From positions 1 through 25,710 of IMG/VR virus record IMGVR_UViG_3300028864_000091: DNA of 25,710 nt; one strand, written 5' to 3'. The notes beneath the pieces are model-generated. The model ran no database searches. It was not told the DNA's origin and saw only the letters and a program-made list of their open reading frames with translations. The stretch comes from a virus. Its lineage: Duplodnaviria > Caudoviricetes. The position numbers and the translations under genes are program-made. Shown here piece after piece: positions 1 to 8,609 of this stretch (positions are counted from its first letter, which is position 1; each line of letters starts with the position of its first letter).

Positions 1-1928
1 ACATCCTTGTCAATAGAAAGTCTTCCATCTGCATCAACTGTTAAGTTTACAATTAAACCATCTGTATTTTTTATTGCTAATCCTTGAACAGTTGCAACAC
101 CTCTAACATCTGCTAATCCATTAAATGACTGACCAAATATTAATCTGCTATTTAACAATGAACCTGCAGAACCAGTTGTGTTTTGATTTAACACTCCTAT
201 TGGAAGCTGCGTAATTGCAGTTATTAACCCCTTTGCATTTACTGTAATTCTTGGAATAGCATTATTTAAGCCATAAGAACCTACATTTGAATTAATATTC
301 TTCAATACTAAAGCCACTGAAGTATTACCAGCAACAGTATTAACATCACCTGAAAATGTTATGAGTTTATTAGCGGTTAAATATGCGCTATCATTATTAA
401 AATATGATACATTAATTGGAAAGTTGAATATATCATTTATTAAATGTGCATGATTACTATTTGCTTTATTATCAAGTAAGCTAACAACTGAAGCTACTCC
501 TGCCTCTGTGCTTTCAATCCTGCTTTTAAGTTTAAATATAGAATAAGCATTAAACGTATTAGTTAAATCAGAGTCTAAGAATGCTCCTTCTGATGCTGCT
601 ATCATATCAGAGTAACTAAGCACATTCGATATCAGTCCTCCTGTTCCACCTCCACCACCACCTCCTGCACCATAAGCACTTAAAAAGTCCGTAGAATACA
701 AACCCCTATCAACACTTAGACATCCGTTTTCATCAACAACTAAGTTGACTGATTTTGTTCCGTTCGTTATGGTAAGACCTTTTGTAGTAGTTTTCGCATT
801 TACAATTAATGCACCTGAGAGATTTCCACCTGTTAACGGTAAATACAGTGATACAGCATCAGTTTTGGTCAAATACGTTGCCGTTGCAACTCCTGTTGCC
901 AGATAAGTGCTATTGTCGTAACTAATTGTAGTACCGTTGGATTTGATAAACCCCAAACCATTTAATTGAGGTTGTTTTGTTCCGATCAAATTGGTTACAG
1001 TTGCCGCAAAGTTAGGATCGTTCCCAAGTGCATTTGCAAGCTCGTTTAAAGCATCTAAAGAAGCAGGGGCACTACCTATTAAAGAAGCGAACCTTTGATC
1101 TACGTAACTCGCAGTAGCAAAATTTAGGGGGTTAGTTGCGTTATATGGAGTAAACCCGAGCGCATTAGTTATTAACTCGCTAGTCAAACCCGATAAGTAG
1201 TTTTTATTCTCAACCGTTACAAGTCTGCTGTTAATTCTGTTTATAGCATAAGAATTAAAAGTCGTTGTCAAGTTTGAATCATCAAAATCCTGTCCTAAAT
1301 CAGAATAACTAAACACTTGAGTTATCAAACCTGAACCCGCCCCTCCTGTAGAACCAGCCCCATAAGCCGATATTTCTCCGGATGAATAAATATCTCCGTC
1401 AAAACTTAATCTACCATTTTCGTCTACAGTCAGAGTTACGATTTGCGTTCCGTTTGTAATTGACAACCCCTTTGTAGTGGTTTTTGCATTTACATTTAAA
1501 GCGCCAGATAAGGTTCCGCCTGACAGTAACAAATAAGCGCCAAGCCAAGGGGTTTCTGTGATTCCATAACCAGCAAGCGTAGTGGGTCTATTGTTTAATT
1601 CAGAAAAATTATATGACGGCTTATTTGGCTGTTTAGCCCAATCGGATATATCTGTTGATAATAGAATATTTTGAGGTAACGATGCTGATACTACGCCATT
1701 TTCATCGATGGACAATCCTTCACCGATTTTAACTCCTCCCAATAAAGAAGAAGTGGCTTTTGGCAAAACATAAGGCGAAGAAGAATTTAATTTTATTTGA
1801 GTTCCAACGGCGATTGCTAAATTTGAAGACAAACGAGCGATTGATTTTTCCGGACTTGTGTCATTCGCATTTGCTTTGAATGCTTTAGCTATGTCGTTTT
1901 GAAATTGGTTGTAATCTATGCCGCTCAT
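1..1928 (-). CDS. Tail fibre protein, 3' end outside the window (at least 642 aa)
   Basis: Manual translation from ATG at 1928 (MSGIDYNQFQNDIAKAF...) is open to the window edge. It contains fibre-type motifs YVLPKATSSLLGGVKIGEGLSIDENG, RPTTLAGYGIT, APASLDALNELANALGNDPNFAATVTN, YLPLTGGNLSG and ITVNAKGLIT, and follows baseplate J. Confidence 0.88.
   Translation of the reverse strand, partial: MSGIDYNQFQNDIAKAFKANANDTSPEKSIARLSSNLAIAVGTQIKLNSSSPYVLPKATSSLLGGVKIGEGLSIDENGVVSASLPQNILLSTDISDWAKQPNKPSYNFSELNNRPTTLAGYGITETPWLGAYLLLSGGTLSGALNVNAKTTTKGLSITNGTQIVTLTVDENGRLSFDGDIYSSGEISAYGAGSTGGAGSGLITQVFSYSDLGQDFDDSNLTTTFNSYAINRINSRLVTVENKNYLSGLTSELITNALGFTPYNATNPLNFATASYVDQRFASLIGSAPASLDALNELANALGNDPNFAATVTNLIGTKQPQLNGLGFIKSNGTTISYDNSTYLATGVATATYLTKTDAVSLYLPLTGGNLSGALIVNAKTTTKGLTITNGTKSVNLVVDENGCLSVDRGLYSTDFLSAYGAGGGGGGGTGGLISNVLSYSDMIAASEGAFLDSDLTNTFNAYSIFKLKSRIESTEAGVASVVSLLDNKANSNHAHLINDIFNFPINVSYFNNDSAYLTANKLITFSGDVNTVAGNTSVALVLKNINSNVGSYGLNNAIPRITVNAKGLITAITQLPIGVLNQNTTGSAGSLLNSRLIFGQSFNGLADVRGVATVQGLAIKNTDGLIVNLTVDADGRLSIDKD
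516..845 (-). repeat. Tail fibre internal protein repeat, copy 2 (about 110 aa)
   Basis: YLPLTGGNLSGALIVNAKTTTKGLTITNGT..LVVDENGCLSVD..YS..SAYGAGGGGGGGTGGLISNVLSYSD..DSDLTNTFNAYSI..SRI aligns by eye with copy 1. A third, more diverged copy starts near 90-1 (GLAIKN..LTVDADGRLSID). Confidence 0.85.
1221..1535 (-). repeat. Tail fibre internal protein repeat, copy 1 (about 105 aa)
   Basis: YLLLSGGTLSGALNVNAKTTTKGLSITNGT..LTVDENGRLSFD..YS..SAYGAGSTGGAGSGLITQVFSYSD..DSNLTTTFNSYAI..SRL. Confidence 0.85.
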
Positions 1929-1971
1929 ATTTTGAATCTTTAATAAAATGTGTTATCTGTTGCCATTAAAT

Positions 1972-3174
1972 TTATATAGTGGCTAAAACAGATTGCTGAA
2001 AATAATAGTCAGGCTCATTAGGGTAATAGAATGAACTTAATATCCCCGCGTTATCGTATATCAAATTACCATCTAAATCACGAATAACAAACCCTCTAAT
2101 CCTAGGCAATTGTCCGATAGGTACATTTATATCAAATCGGGGTAAAAAGTTTGTATCGGGCACGTAACGGACTCCACCTGTATTTTTAGCAATAAATAAT
2201 AAATTTTCCCATTCAATTTTATTTCCGTCTTTCCAAAATCTGTAATCGAATAACTTCGACATTTGTATTTGAAGATCTTTTCTAACAACATCTATGTCCG
2301 ACGATGGGTCGATATCAAGCCTGAATTGAACATCCAATAAAAACCATTTTACATTGTTCAGTTGCAAAGAGAATGTTGAAGCGTCGGAAGAATTTAAAAA
2401 TTCGTTTATGGATAAATATTCTTCAGACCTAGAAACCATTTCATTTATTTCATCAGATGTGAAATCTTGACCATTACAAGGAACAATTGTTAAGTTTAAT
2501 TTTCCAGAACCGTCAACTCCGCCCTTTAAAACTCTCAATACATTATTATTGATTTTCATCAAAATCTGTTCGATATACGATACTGTATCCCTCGCTAATT
2601 GATTGACGCTTTCTTTAATCCTTACCCGATACGTTTCATCGCTCTCAAAATCAGATCCCCCCGTGGCTTGATACTCATTTGTGCACGATATATGTCCCTG
2701 AGGAATTATTGTCATTCTATTTATAGACACTGGCCCGACGTTCGTTTGCATCCCAGTGGATTCGCTTTTTACTTTAGCATATTCAAACCCTTGTATACCG
2801 ATTGTGACGTCTTTTTCTAACGAAAATCTCACTCCGCTTGTGCTTAAAAATTGGTTATCTGCAGATGAATAATAAGTACCTTTATCGGCGACTAATCTAA
2901 TATAAGTTGAACTCCCTGAAGCTGTAAATCTTTCCGAAACCCCTCTTCTTTTTGCGGCTTCGTCTAAATAGCTACCATAAGAAGAATCAGGGAATATATG
3001 ACCTTCAATTATCGCTTGATTCGTCAAACATTTTTGACCTATTTTAGCAACTCCGTAACCAATTCCGCTTAAGACTGACTCATTTGAAATGTCATTTACC
3101 TTATCAGTTTTGTTTAAGAATATTTCCAAAAATATTTGCTTTAATTCTTGCGCTGTACTTATTTTAGTTATCAT
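1972..3174 (-). CDS. Baseplate J-like wedge protein (400 aa)
   Basis: YLDEAAKRRGVSERFTAS, the G-x-x-TNV-(x)-I motif and TNEYQATGGSDFESDETYRVRI are typical of the Baseplate_J family; position at the end of the baseplate cluster. Confidence 0.92.
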   Translation of the reverse strand: MITKISTAQELKQIFLEIFLNKTDKVNDISNESVLSGIGYGVAKIGQKCLTNQAIIEGHIFPDSSYGSYLDEAAKRRGVSERFTASGSSTYIRLVADKGTYYSSADNQFLSTSGVRFSLEKDVTIGIQGFEYAKVKSESTGMQTNVGPVSINRMTIIPQGHISCTNEYQATGGSDFESDETYRVRIKESVNQLARDTVSYIEQILMKINNNVLRVLKGGVDGSGKLNLTIVPCNGQDFTSDEINEMVSRSEEYLSINEFLNSSDASTFSLQLNNVKWFLLDVQFRLDIDPSSDIDVVRKDLQIQMSKLFDYRFWKDGNKIEWENLLFIAKNTGGVRYVPDTNFLPRFDINVPIGQLPRIRGFVIRDLDGNLIYDNAGILSSFYYPNEPDYYFQQSVLATI

Positions 3175-4091
3175 ATTGTTATCTTTTGCTCAGTTTTGTA
3201 ATCATACTTTGTTTTAATGTCGCAAGTCAATGTCATATCTCCTTCCGAAAATTTAAATCCTTTTACGTTTACATATTCAAACAAATCATTTTGCATAAAT
3301 ATATTCGTTATGTCCTCCACTAAAATGGGATATGAAAATTGTTTAACCGTACTGCCCGATATTAACGACATATCCTTCCCAAATAATGGGTTTTCGGGAA
3401 CATCCCCTCGATTTAATTCTAACAATATAGCGCACTTTTGGTCAATGTTATCTTTGTATAAAACAATATCTAAATCATTGTCTACAAAAGTTATATTTTT
3501 ACAAATATCTTTGCCATAAATTCTTTCTCCGATAGGCTGGTCTAAGATTGTAGTAACCACAATATCAGTGGCATTGTTAACGAACGCGCTTATAGATTTT
3601 AATTCATCAATTTCCCAATCTGATTCGTTCAAATCGTTATTCAACATCAAGTCTATCCAGTCAGAATTTTCTCCGCTTACATTCTTGATTGAATTAGCCA
3701 CTTCTTCCATTGTTCTCAACCCCCCTACTGTCGTGTCAACTTGTATGTAAGGTTTATACCCGTATTTGGTTTTTGAAGTCCTTAAAAACTTTGGTAATTT
3801 GTTTATTTTTTCAACAGCGGCTGTCAATGCTTCGACCAACTCCATTAGTTCCCAATAACCGCAGGTTGAAAACTTAGACGAGAAATTCTTAAACTGAACC
3901 CCCAACGTTACACAGTCTTTTGTCAGCTTAGATAAAAAGTTTAAATGTGTATTATCAATTTCGTCTGTTTCCCCTGAATAATATTGAAGCACTATTGGAT
4001 ACGAATTTAGCATGAATAAACGATAGTCATTCAAGAATTTCAATAAAGGATATTTTGTTACTTTTTCAAATTCGTATATTATTGAATCCAT
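3171..4091 (-). CDS. Baseplate wedge subunit: LysM-like segment plus C-terminal gp25/gpW-like domain (306 aa)
   Basis: RTMEEVAN..WIDLMLNNDL resembles LysM/gpX-type segments; NIDQKCAILLELNRGDVPENPLFG resembles the gp25 L..RG..P..P.FG motif. ATGA overlap with baseplate J. Confidence 0.7.
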   Translation of the reverse strand: MDSIIYEFEKVTKYPLLKFLNDYRLFMLNSYPIVLQYYSGETDEIDNTHLNFLSKLTKDCVTLGVQFKNFSSKFSTCGYWELMELVEALTAAVEKINKLPKFLRTSKTKYGYKPYIQVDTTVGGLRTMEEVANSIKNVSGENSDWIDLMLNNDLNESDWEIDELKSISAFVNNATDIVVTTILDQPIGERIYGKDICKNITFVDNDLDIVLYKDNIDQKCAILLELNRGDVPENPLFGKDMSLISGSTVKQFSYPILVEDITNIFMQNDLFEYVNVKGFKFSEGDMTLTCDIKTKYDYKTEQKITI

Positions 4092-4094
4092 CTT

Positions 4095-4859
4095 TTATAT
4101 TTTTAATGCCATCCCGTAATTTTTGATTGCGCTCGTAACTAAATTATTTAATAATTTTGCTATTTGAGAACTTGCAACCGTTGTTAGAAATTTCTTCATG
4201 TCTTTGTTGCCGGAATAATCGCTCTTCACCATATTTCCGTCGGCGACTGCTTTTAGTTCTACTGAGTAAAACCAAAGCATATTGTTTTCAACCCCCTGAG
4301 AAAACGATTGTTGTAAAGGCTCAACCACGTATGAAGAATTTAACGCGTAATTATTAAATATGAGAATATGTGGTTTATTTTTATCGTCTAACTTCCAAGC
4401 TGACTCAAGAATATTCTCCATCATTTTCAGAAGCCCGAACCCAGTTTTTATTAACAAGTTTTCTTTTCCTATTTTTACGCCAGTATTCCCCCCGAAGAAT
4501 GGGATAGTTGACACATTACCCGTTGCTTGAACTCCAGTAACTAAACGCAATTTTCTACCAAAGCAACCCTGCAAAGATATATCTCGTGGAGAAAACGAGT
4601 CACTAAATAAAGTAGTTATTCCCGTATTTGTTTTTGTTATAGTAGCAACTTGCGTTTTAGAGTCCATTACGTTATTAGGCATAACCGTAAAAGTCATATA
4701 ACCCTTTGTTATTCCGGAGCTGTCAATTAATTCCAAAGAACATAAATAATATTCTATTTCATCTGGATATAAAGCGTGTAAAGCGGCACGCCCCATAGAC
4801 GATGTCGCTGAAGCTAAATTAGTAGCCGCACTGTTTAATCCATTAGAGAATAAATCCAT
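4095..4859 (-). CDS. Baseplate / tail tube initiator-like protein (254 aa)
   Basis: FTVMPNN..TITKT..G..DISLQGCFG pattern resembles the conserved ~260 aa baseplate protein of Twort-like phages (recalled, not searched); synteny. Confidence 0.62.
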   Translation of the reverse strand: MDLFSNGLNSAATNLASATSSMGRAALHALYPDEIEYYLCSLELIDSSGITKGYMTFTVMPNNVMDSKTQVATITKTNTGITTLFSDSFSPRDISLQGCFGRKLRLVTGVQATGNVSTIPFFGGNTGVKIGKENLLIKTGFGLLKMMENILESAWKLDDKNKPHILIFNNYALNSSYVVEPLQQSFSQGVENNMLWFYSVELKAVADGNMVKSDYSGNKDMKKFLTTVASSQIAKLLNNLVTSAIKNYGMALKI

Positions 4860-4860
4860 A

Positions 4861-5757
4861 TTAATCTGTATTTGAAAGCTTAGACAACAAACTGCTGAGT
4901 TTACCTTTAATAGTTGTTAATTTTAATACCGATGGCGGGGATGGAACGGCTGTAGGCAATGAAACTGCTAGCACCATAGTTGATATTGTGTCAATTAATT
5001 CTCCTAATAATTCGTTCAAAGAATTTCCTAAAACTAATGGTTGTTTGCCCGAACCCAGATTTATGGATTTTGATTCAAGTTTTATTTCGTTATTCAGCGC
5101 GGTTATTTTATTATCAAATTCATCGATGTAAGTAAGACCTTCTCCCAACACATACTTTATACTACCTTTCGTTACACCTTCTTCAGTAACGCTTAAATTT
5201 AGACTACCACTTGTACTTATGTTTATTTCTTTGTCTGAAGTTATGTTGAGTTGGTTATCGCAATAAATATCAACTAACGAATCTTCATTTTCGCTGTTTA
5301 TCTTTATTTGCAAATTTGATGGGCTGTCTTTATCTCCTAATAAACTAATTTGCAAAAGTGATTCTTCGCCATTCATGAAAAATTCGACAGTCTTTGAAGA
5401 ACCGTTTCCTCGCACTAAGCGATATTGGTTCTTCCCCATTGAAAAACCGTCCCCCTCTTTTGTTAGATAAGCCACTATAACAGGCAATCCAGACACTCCA
5501 TCTTTTATCCAGATTACGGGAGTACCTAAATCCCCCTCATGTGGAAAATGTATGTTACTGATTACTTGTTCAGGACAAAGTACGTTATTAAAAAAGCCGT
5601 ATCCCCGTCCTCCTTGCATAGTTAATCTATGGGTGGAATAACAATCGTTTATGTACTCTTCTCGCTCATTTTCATCAGGCACCACTACATAACCTACTCC
5701 ACCGCTGCCAATGTCAAGGTTGTTATTGTGTATTCCTAGTATATCTTTTTGTTGCAT
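4861..5757 (-). CDS. Baseplate central spike (gpV/gp5-like) (298 aa)
   Basis: N-terminal OB-fold-like FP..G..V.W..G.PVIV, then short beta repeats (LNITSDKEINISTSGSLNLSV) and INLGSGKQPLVLGN; immediately downstream of the hub. Confidence 0.65.
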   Translation of the reverse strand: MQQKDILGIHNNNLDIGSGGVGYVVVPDENEREEYINDCYSTHRLTMQGGRGYGFFNNVLCPEQVISNIHFPHEGDLGTPVIWIKDGVSGLPVIVAYLTKEGDGFSMGKNQYRLVRGNGSSKTVEFFMNGEESLLQISLLGDKDSPSNLQIKINSENEDSLVDIYCDNQLNITSDKEINISTSGSLNLSVTEEGVTKGSIKYVLGEGLTYIDEFDNKITALNNEIKLESKSINLGSGKQPLVLGNSLNELLGELIDTISTMVLAVSLPTAVPSPPSVLKLTTIKGKLSSLLSKLSNTD

Positions 5758-5761
5758 AGTA

Positions 5762-7315
5762 TTACATATTTCTTTGTCTGCCGTGAGTTATCAATTGTTC
5801 TTTTCTCATAAAATAACCGAATACTTCTTTGTTAACCTTCCATTTTGACATTACTTTTTGCCAATTGCTTTCAGTTATTTTTTCTTTATTTGTGCCAAAA
5901 TCTATTATATTAAAATAGTTGTGTCCGTCTACCCCCTCGACAAACTCTTGGTACATTCCACGTGATACGCCTAAAACTGTTTTTCTCGTTATTCCGTTAC
6001 TGCTAATACTCCACTCATTTGTAACGCTATCAATGTAGAAAATTTCTCCAGAGGTATGTAAAACCAACGTTCCCTTTTTGTATCGGCGATCTCCGTTTAA
6101 AGTTATGGTTCCTCGTCGTGTGAACGGAGCATAAGCGTTACATTCTATAAGATATTGCAAATCGGAGAAAGCGGCTTGTATAGTATTGTCGTCGTTTGTT
6201 TTATTTTTATCAGAATTGTATTTTCCTCTTCCGACCCAAGTGTAGTAATTGCTTTCAACTGCTAATGGCTTAGAGCCCCATATGGATGCGTACTCTGGAA
6301 AGAATACAGCTGGAACTAACGAGGATAATTCAAACTCGCCGAGTTGAAGTTGATACTTTGGCATATATTGATACCATGAATAAATACCCTCGGTATTCCA
6401 ATCTAAAGAAGTTGACACAATATCATCAGGGTTAATTTCCAACATTGCAAGTTCCATCATATTAACAATTCCTTCTTTGTCGAATGGCGGTTTTCTAGCG
6501 ATCAAATAATATTGGTCTCCATAAGTATCTCCAAAAAATTCTACCATGGGTTCTTGGCAAACTTTGTGAAAAAAATTAAGCAAAGACCCTTGTTGTGAAG
6601 CTATACTGGAGTCTACAACTTGCTTGTTTGATATTGAACTATCCATAACCAACTTGACAATTCCCCAAATGCCTGCAGCCGCGCGCATAGAAGCCGTGGT
6701 ATTGTTAGGAGTTATGACGTCCAATTTTTCAGTAGCATTTTCTATTGTAGTTTGAGGCACTACATTCGCTATTTTATCTGATATCGAAACGAAGTCGGTT
6801 TCCCAAACCATATACCCACCAGGAACAGAAGTGTCGTAAACACCTCCTTTGCCGTAAACTTTATTAGTTTTTTGTATAATAAGTTTATGATACATCAAGA
6901 AATCTATTGGGTCTATCGGAGTGGAAATATGCCTCATCTCCAGATGTAAATGTGGCCCAGTGGAATGCCCAGAATTACCCGTTTTACCTAAATATTCTCC
7001 AATTTTTATATCATCTCCTAACGATATTCTTGAAGATATGGAGCTCAAATGCGCAAAATATATGTCTATATAATCGCCAGTCATAATTTCATAGCGCACC
7101 ACTACATGTTTACCGTATCCTTTTACTTCGTTGGCTATCTTTTTGATTACTCCATTAAGCGGGCAAGCGATAGAGATGCCAATTGGCGTTCCTATATCTA
7201 TCCCCTTGTGATACTTATCTCCCCTCTTAGCTCCAAACATACTGGTTATTCTAAAAGTAGGATATCCCACTAAAAAATTTTTCAAAAACACTGGGGCTTG
7301 AAGAATTGCGTTCAT
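5762..7315 (-). CDS. M23 zinc metallopeptidase fused to the C-terminal part of the baseplate hub (517 aa)
   Basis: M23 motifs HKGID (HxxxD), GYGKHVVV, FAHLS and GNSGHSTGPHLHLE (HxH) lie in the first ~140 aa. The remainder has hub-like EPMVEFFGD..ARKPPFD and GTITLNGDRRYKKG..FYIDSVTNEW..TVLGVSRG. Confidence 0.85.
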   Translation of the reverse strand: MNAILQAPVFLKNFLVGYPTFRITSMFGAKRGDKYHKGIDIGTPIGISIACPLNGVIKKIANEVKGYGKHVVVRYEIMTGDYIDIYFAHLSSISSRISLGDDIKIGEYLGKTGNSGHSTGPHLHLEMRHISTPIDPIDFLMYHKLIIQKTNKVYGKGGVYDTSVPGGYMVWETDFVSISDKIANVVPQTTIENATEKLDVITPNNTTASMRAAAGIWGIVKLVMDSSISNKQVVDSSIASQQGSLLNFFHKVCQEPMVEFFGDTYGDQYYLIARKPPFDKEGIVNMMELAMLEINPDDIVSTSLDWNTEGIYSWYQYMPKYQLQLGEFELSSLVPAVFFPEYASIWGSKPLAVESNYYTWVGRGKYNSDKNKTNDDNTIQAAFSDLQYLIECNAYAPFTRRGTITLNGDRRYKKGTLVLHTSGEIFYIDSVTNEWSISSNGITRKTVLGVSRGMYQEFVEGVDGHNYFNIIDFGTNKEKITESNWQKVMSKWKVNKEVFGYFMRKEQLITHGRQRNM

Positions 7316-8607
7316 TACTTTTTAGGCTTTAAATCAATAAATTTAGTTCGTCTATCTCCATACGAATCAAATACGTAATTAGGTACAACTTCTACATTTG
7401 ACAATTGAGACACAACCCCCTTGAGTATGTAATCTAAATCCATATTTATTTTGTTTCTGAATATGTCTATTTCTGTCGAGTCCAAGCGCATTCTAAAAAT
7501 GGGATTATTTTGAGTTCCGTTTACAAAATTTATGTCTTTTGCATCACCTTGCGTTTCGTTAGCGAATACTGAAGAAGTAGATTTTGTAGTTGACACATTA
7601 AAGAAGAAAGACCCGTCCTCAATTAATAGCTTCATTAAGTCCCTCCCAGTGACCTCTACATGAGCTTGAGACGTAACGTTATCGGTAACCACTTTTACGC
7701 TATCTACCAGCGCTATCATGTCGTAAACCTGCCCCGCTATTTTTGTTTCTAAATCAAAGCTATCAGAGTCAGCATTTTTATCCTTTCTTATCTTTTCCAT
7801 TTCAAGTTCTTCAAAACTTATAAACAAAAGATCTTGAGAAGAAATTAACCAATTAAAATAGTTAGATTCAATGCTGGAAAACGGAGTTTTGCTATAAAAT
7901 TCTTTACCCTTTTCGTAAAAAGATTTAGAGCCAAATTCGTTGTCCTTGACGGCTTGTCGATAGACTTTATCCTTCCCGTTAACTTTAGTGAAATAGTCAT
8001 CAACTGCCGCCGTATTGATTATCGGCAATGTGAGTGTGAAACTTCCCCCTTCAGCGGTTGATGAAGTGCTAAGACTGATTAAATATCTGCTCAAATCGAC
8101 ATATTGACCTATGCCCTTGCCCGTGTAAACTAATTTGTCTTTCTTAGATTCGGTAATGTAGTACAAACTCTTGAACCAGCCAAATACTTGACAAGTTGGA
8201 TTCCTTTTGCTTAAACCATTTGCTCTATAACCTTCGTTTTGATATATTTTTTGTATTTCAGCATGGGCAAAGGCTACAAATTTTTCGTCATCTATTTGAA
8301 AATTAGTTTGACTTATGGCAAGTTCACGAGTAACTTTTGTTGGATTAATCCTTAAATTACACGGACAAGGCAAAGTCATATTTGCGCTTAAATCGCTAAC
8401 CGTTGGCCAATTCTTTTTGCCATTAGATTTAGACCATGCTGTTTTGTCAAAAGCCGTCATCTGTCTAAAAATTAAAGCGCGGTTACTTTCAAAAAAATCC
8501 TTTTCTGAAATAGCATACACGCCAGACCGTTCCATAAAATCAGCTATGGTTTTTACGCTCGAGTTATTATGACGCAGAAAAATATATTTGTTGTTGTTTT
8601 TTGCCAT
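7315..8607 (-). CDS. Baseplate hub protein, N-terminal part (430 aa)
   Basis: DLSRYLISLSTS..GGSFTLTLP and VEVTGRDLMKLL are typical of the first half of gp27/gpD-like hubs. Follows the tape measure; TAATG overlap with the next gene. Confidence 0.68.
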   Translation of the reverse strand: MAKNNNKYIFLRHNNSSVKTIADFMERSGVYAISEKDFFESNRALIFRQMTAFDKTAWSKSNGKKNWPTVSDLSANMTLPCPCNLRINPTKVTRELAISQTNFQIDDEKFVAFAHAEIQKIYQNEGYRANGLSKRNPTCQVFGWFKSLYYITESKKDKLVYTGKGIGQYVDLSRYLISLSTSSTAEGGSFTLTLPIINTAAVDDYFTKVNGKDKVYRQAVKDNEFGSKSFYEKGKEFYSKTPFSSIESNYFNWLISSQDLLFISFEELEMEKIRKDKNADSDSFDLETKIAGQVYDMIALVDSVKVVTDNVTSQAHVEVTGRDLMKLLIEDGSFFFNVSTTKSTSSVFANETQGDAKDINFVNGTQNNPIFRMRLDSTEIDIFRNKINMDLDYILKGVVSQLSNVEVVPNYVFDSYGDRRTKFIDLKPKK

Positions 8608-8609
8608 TG

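Noticed and set aside
516-1535. Fibre repeats as a diversity-generating retroelement template/variable pair or invertible cassette
   Set aside because: Both copies are in frame within one gene and differ at all base types with indels, not only adenines. No reverse transcriptase or invertase is present in the window.
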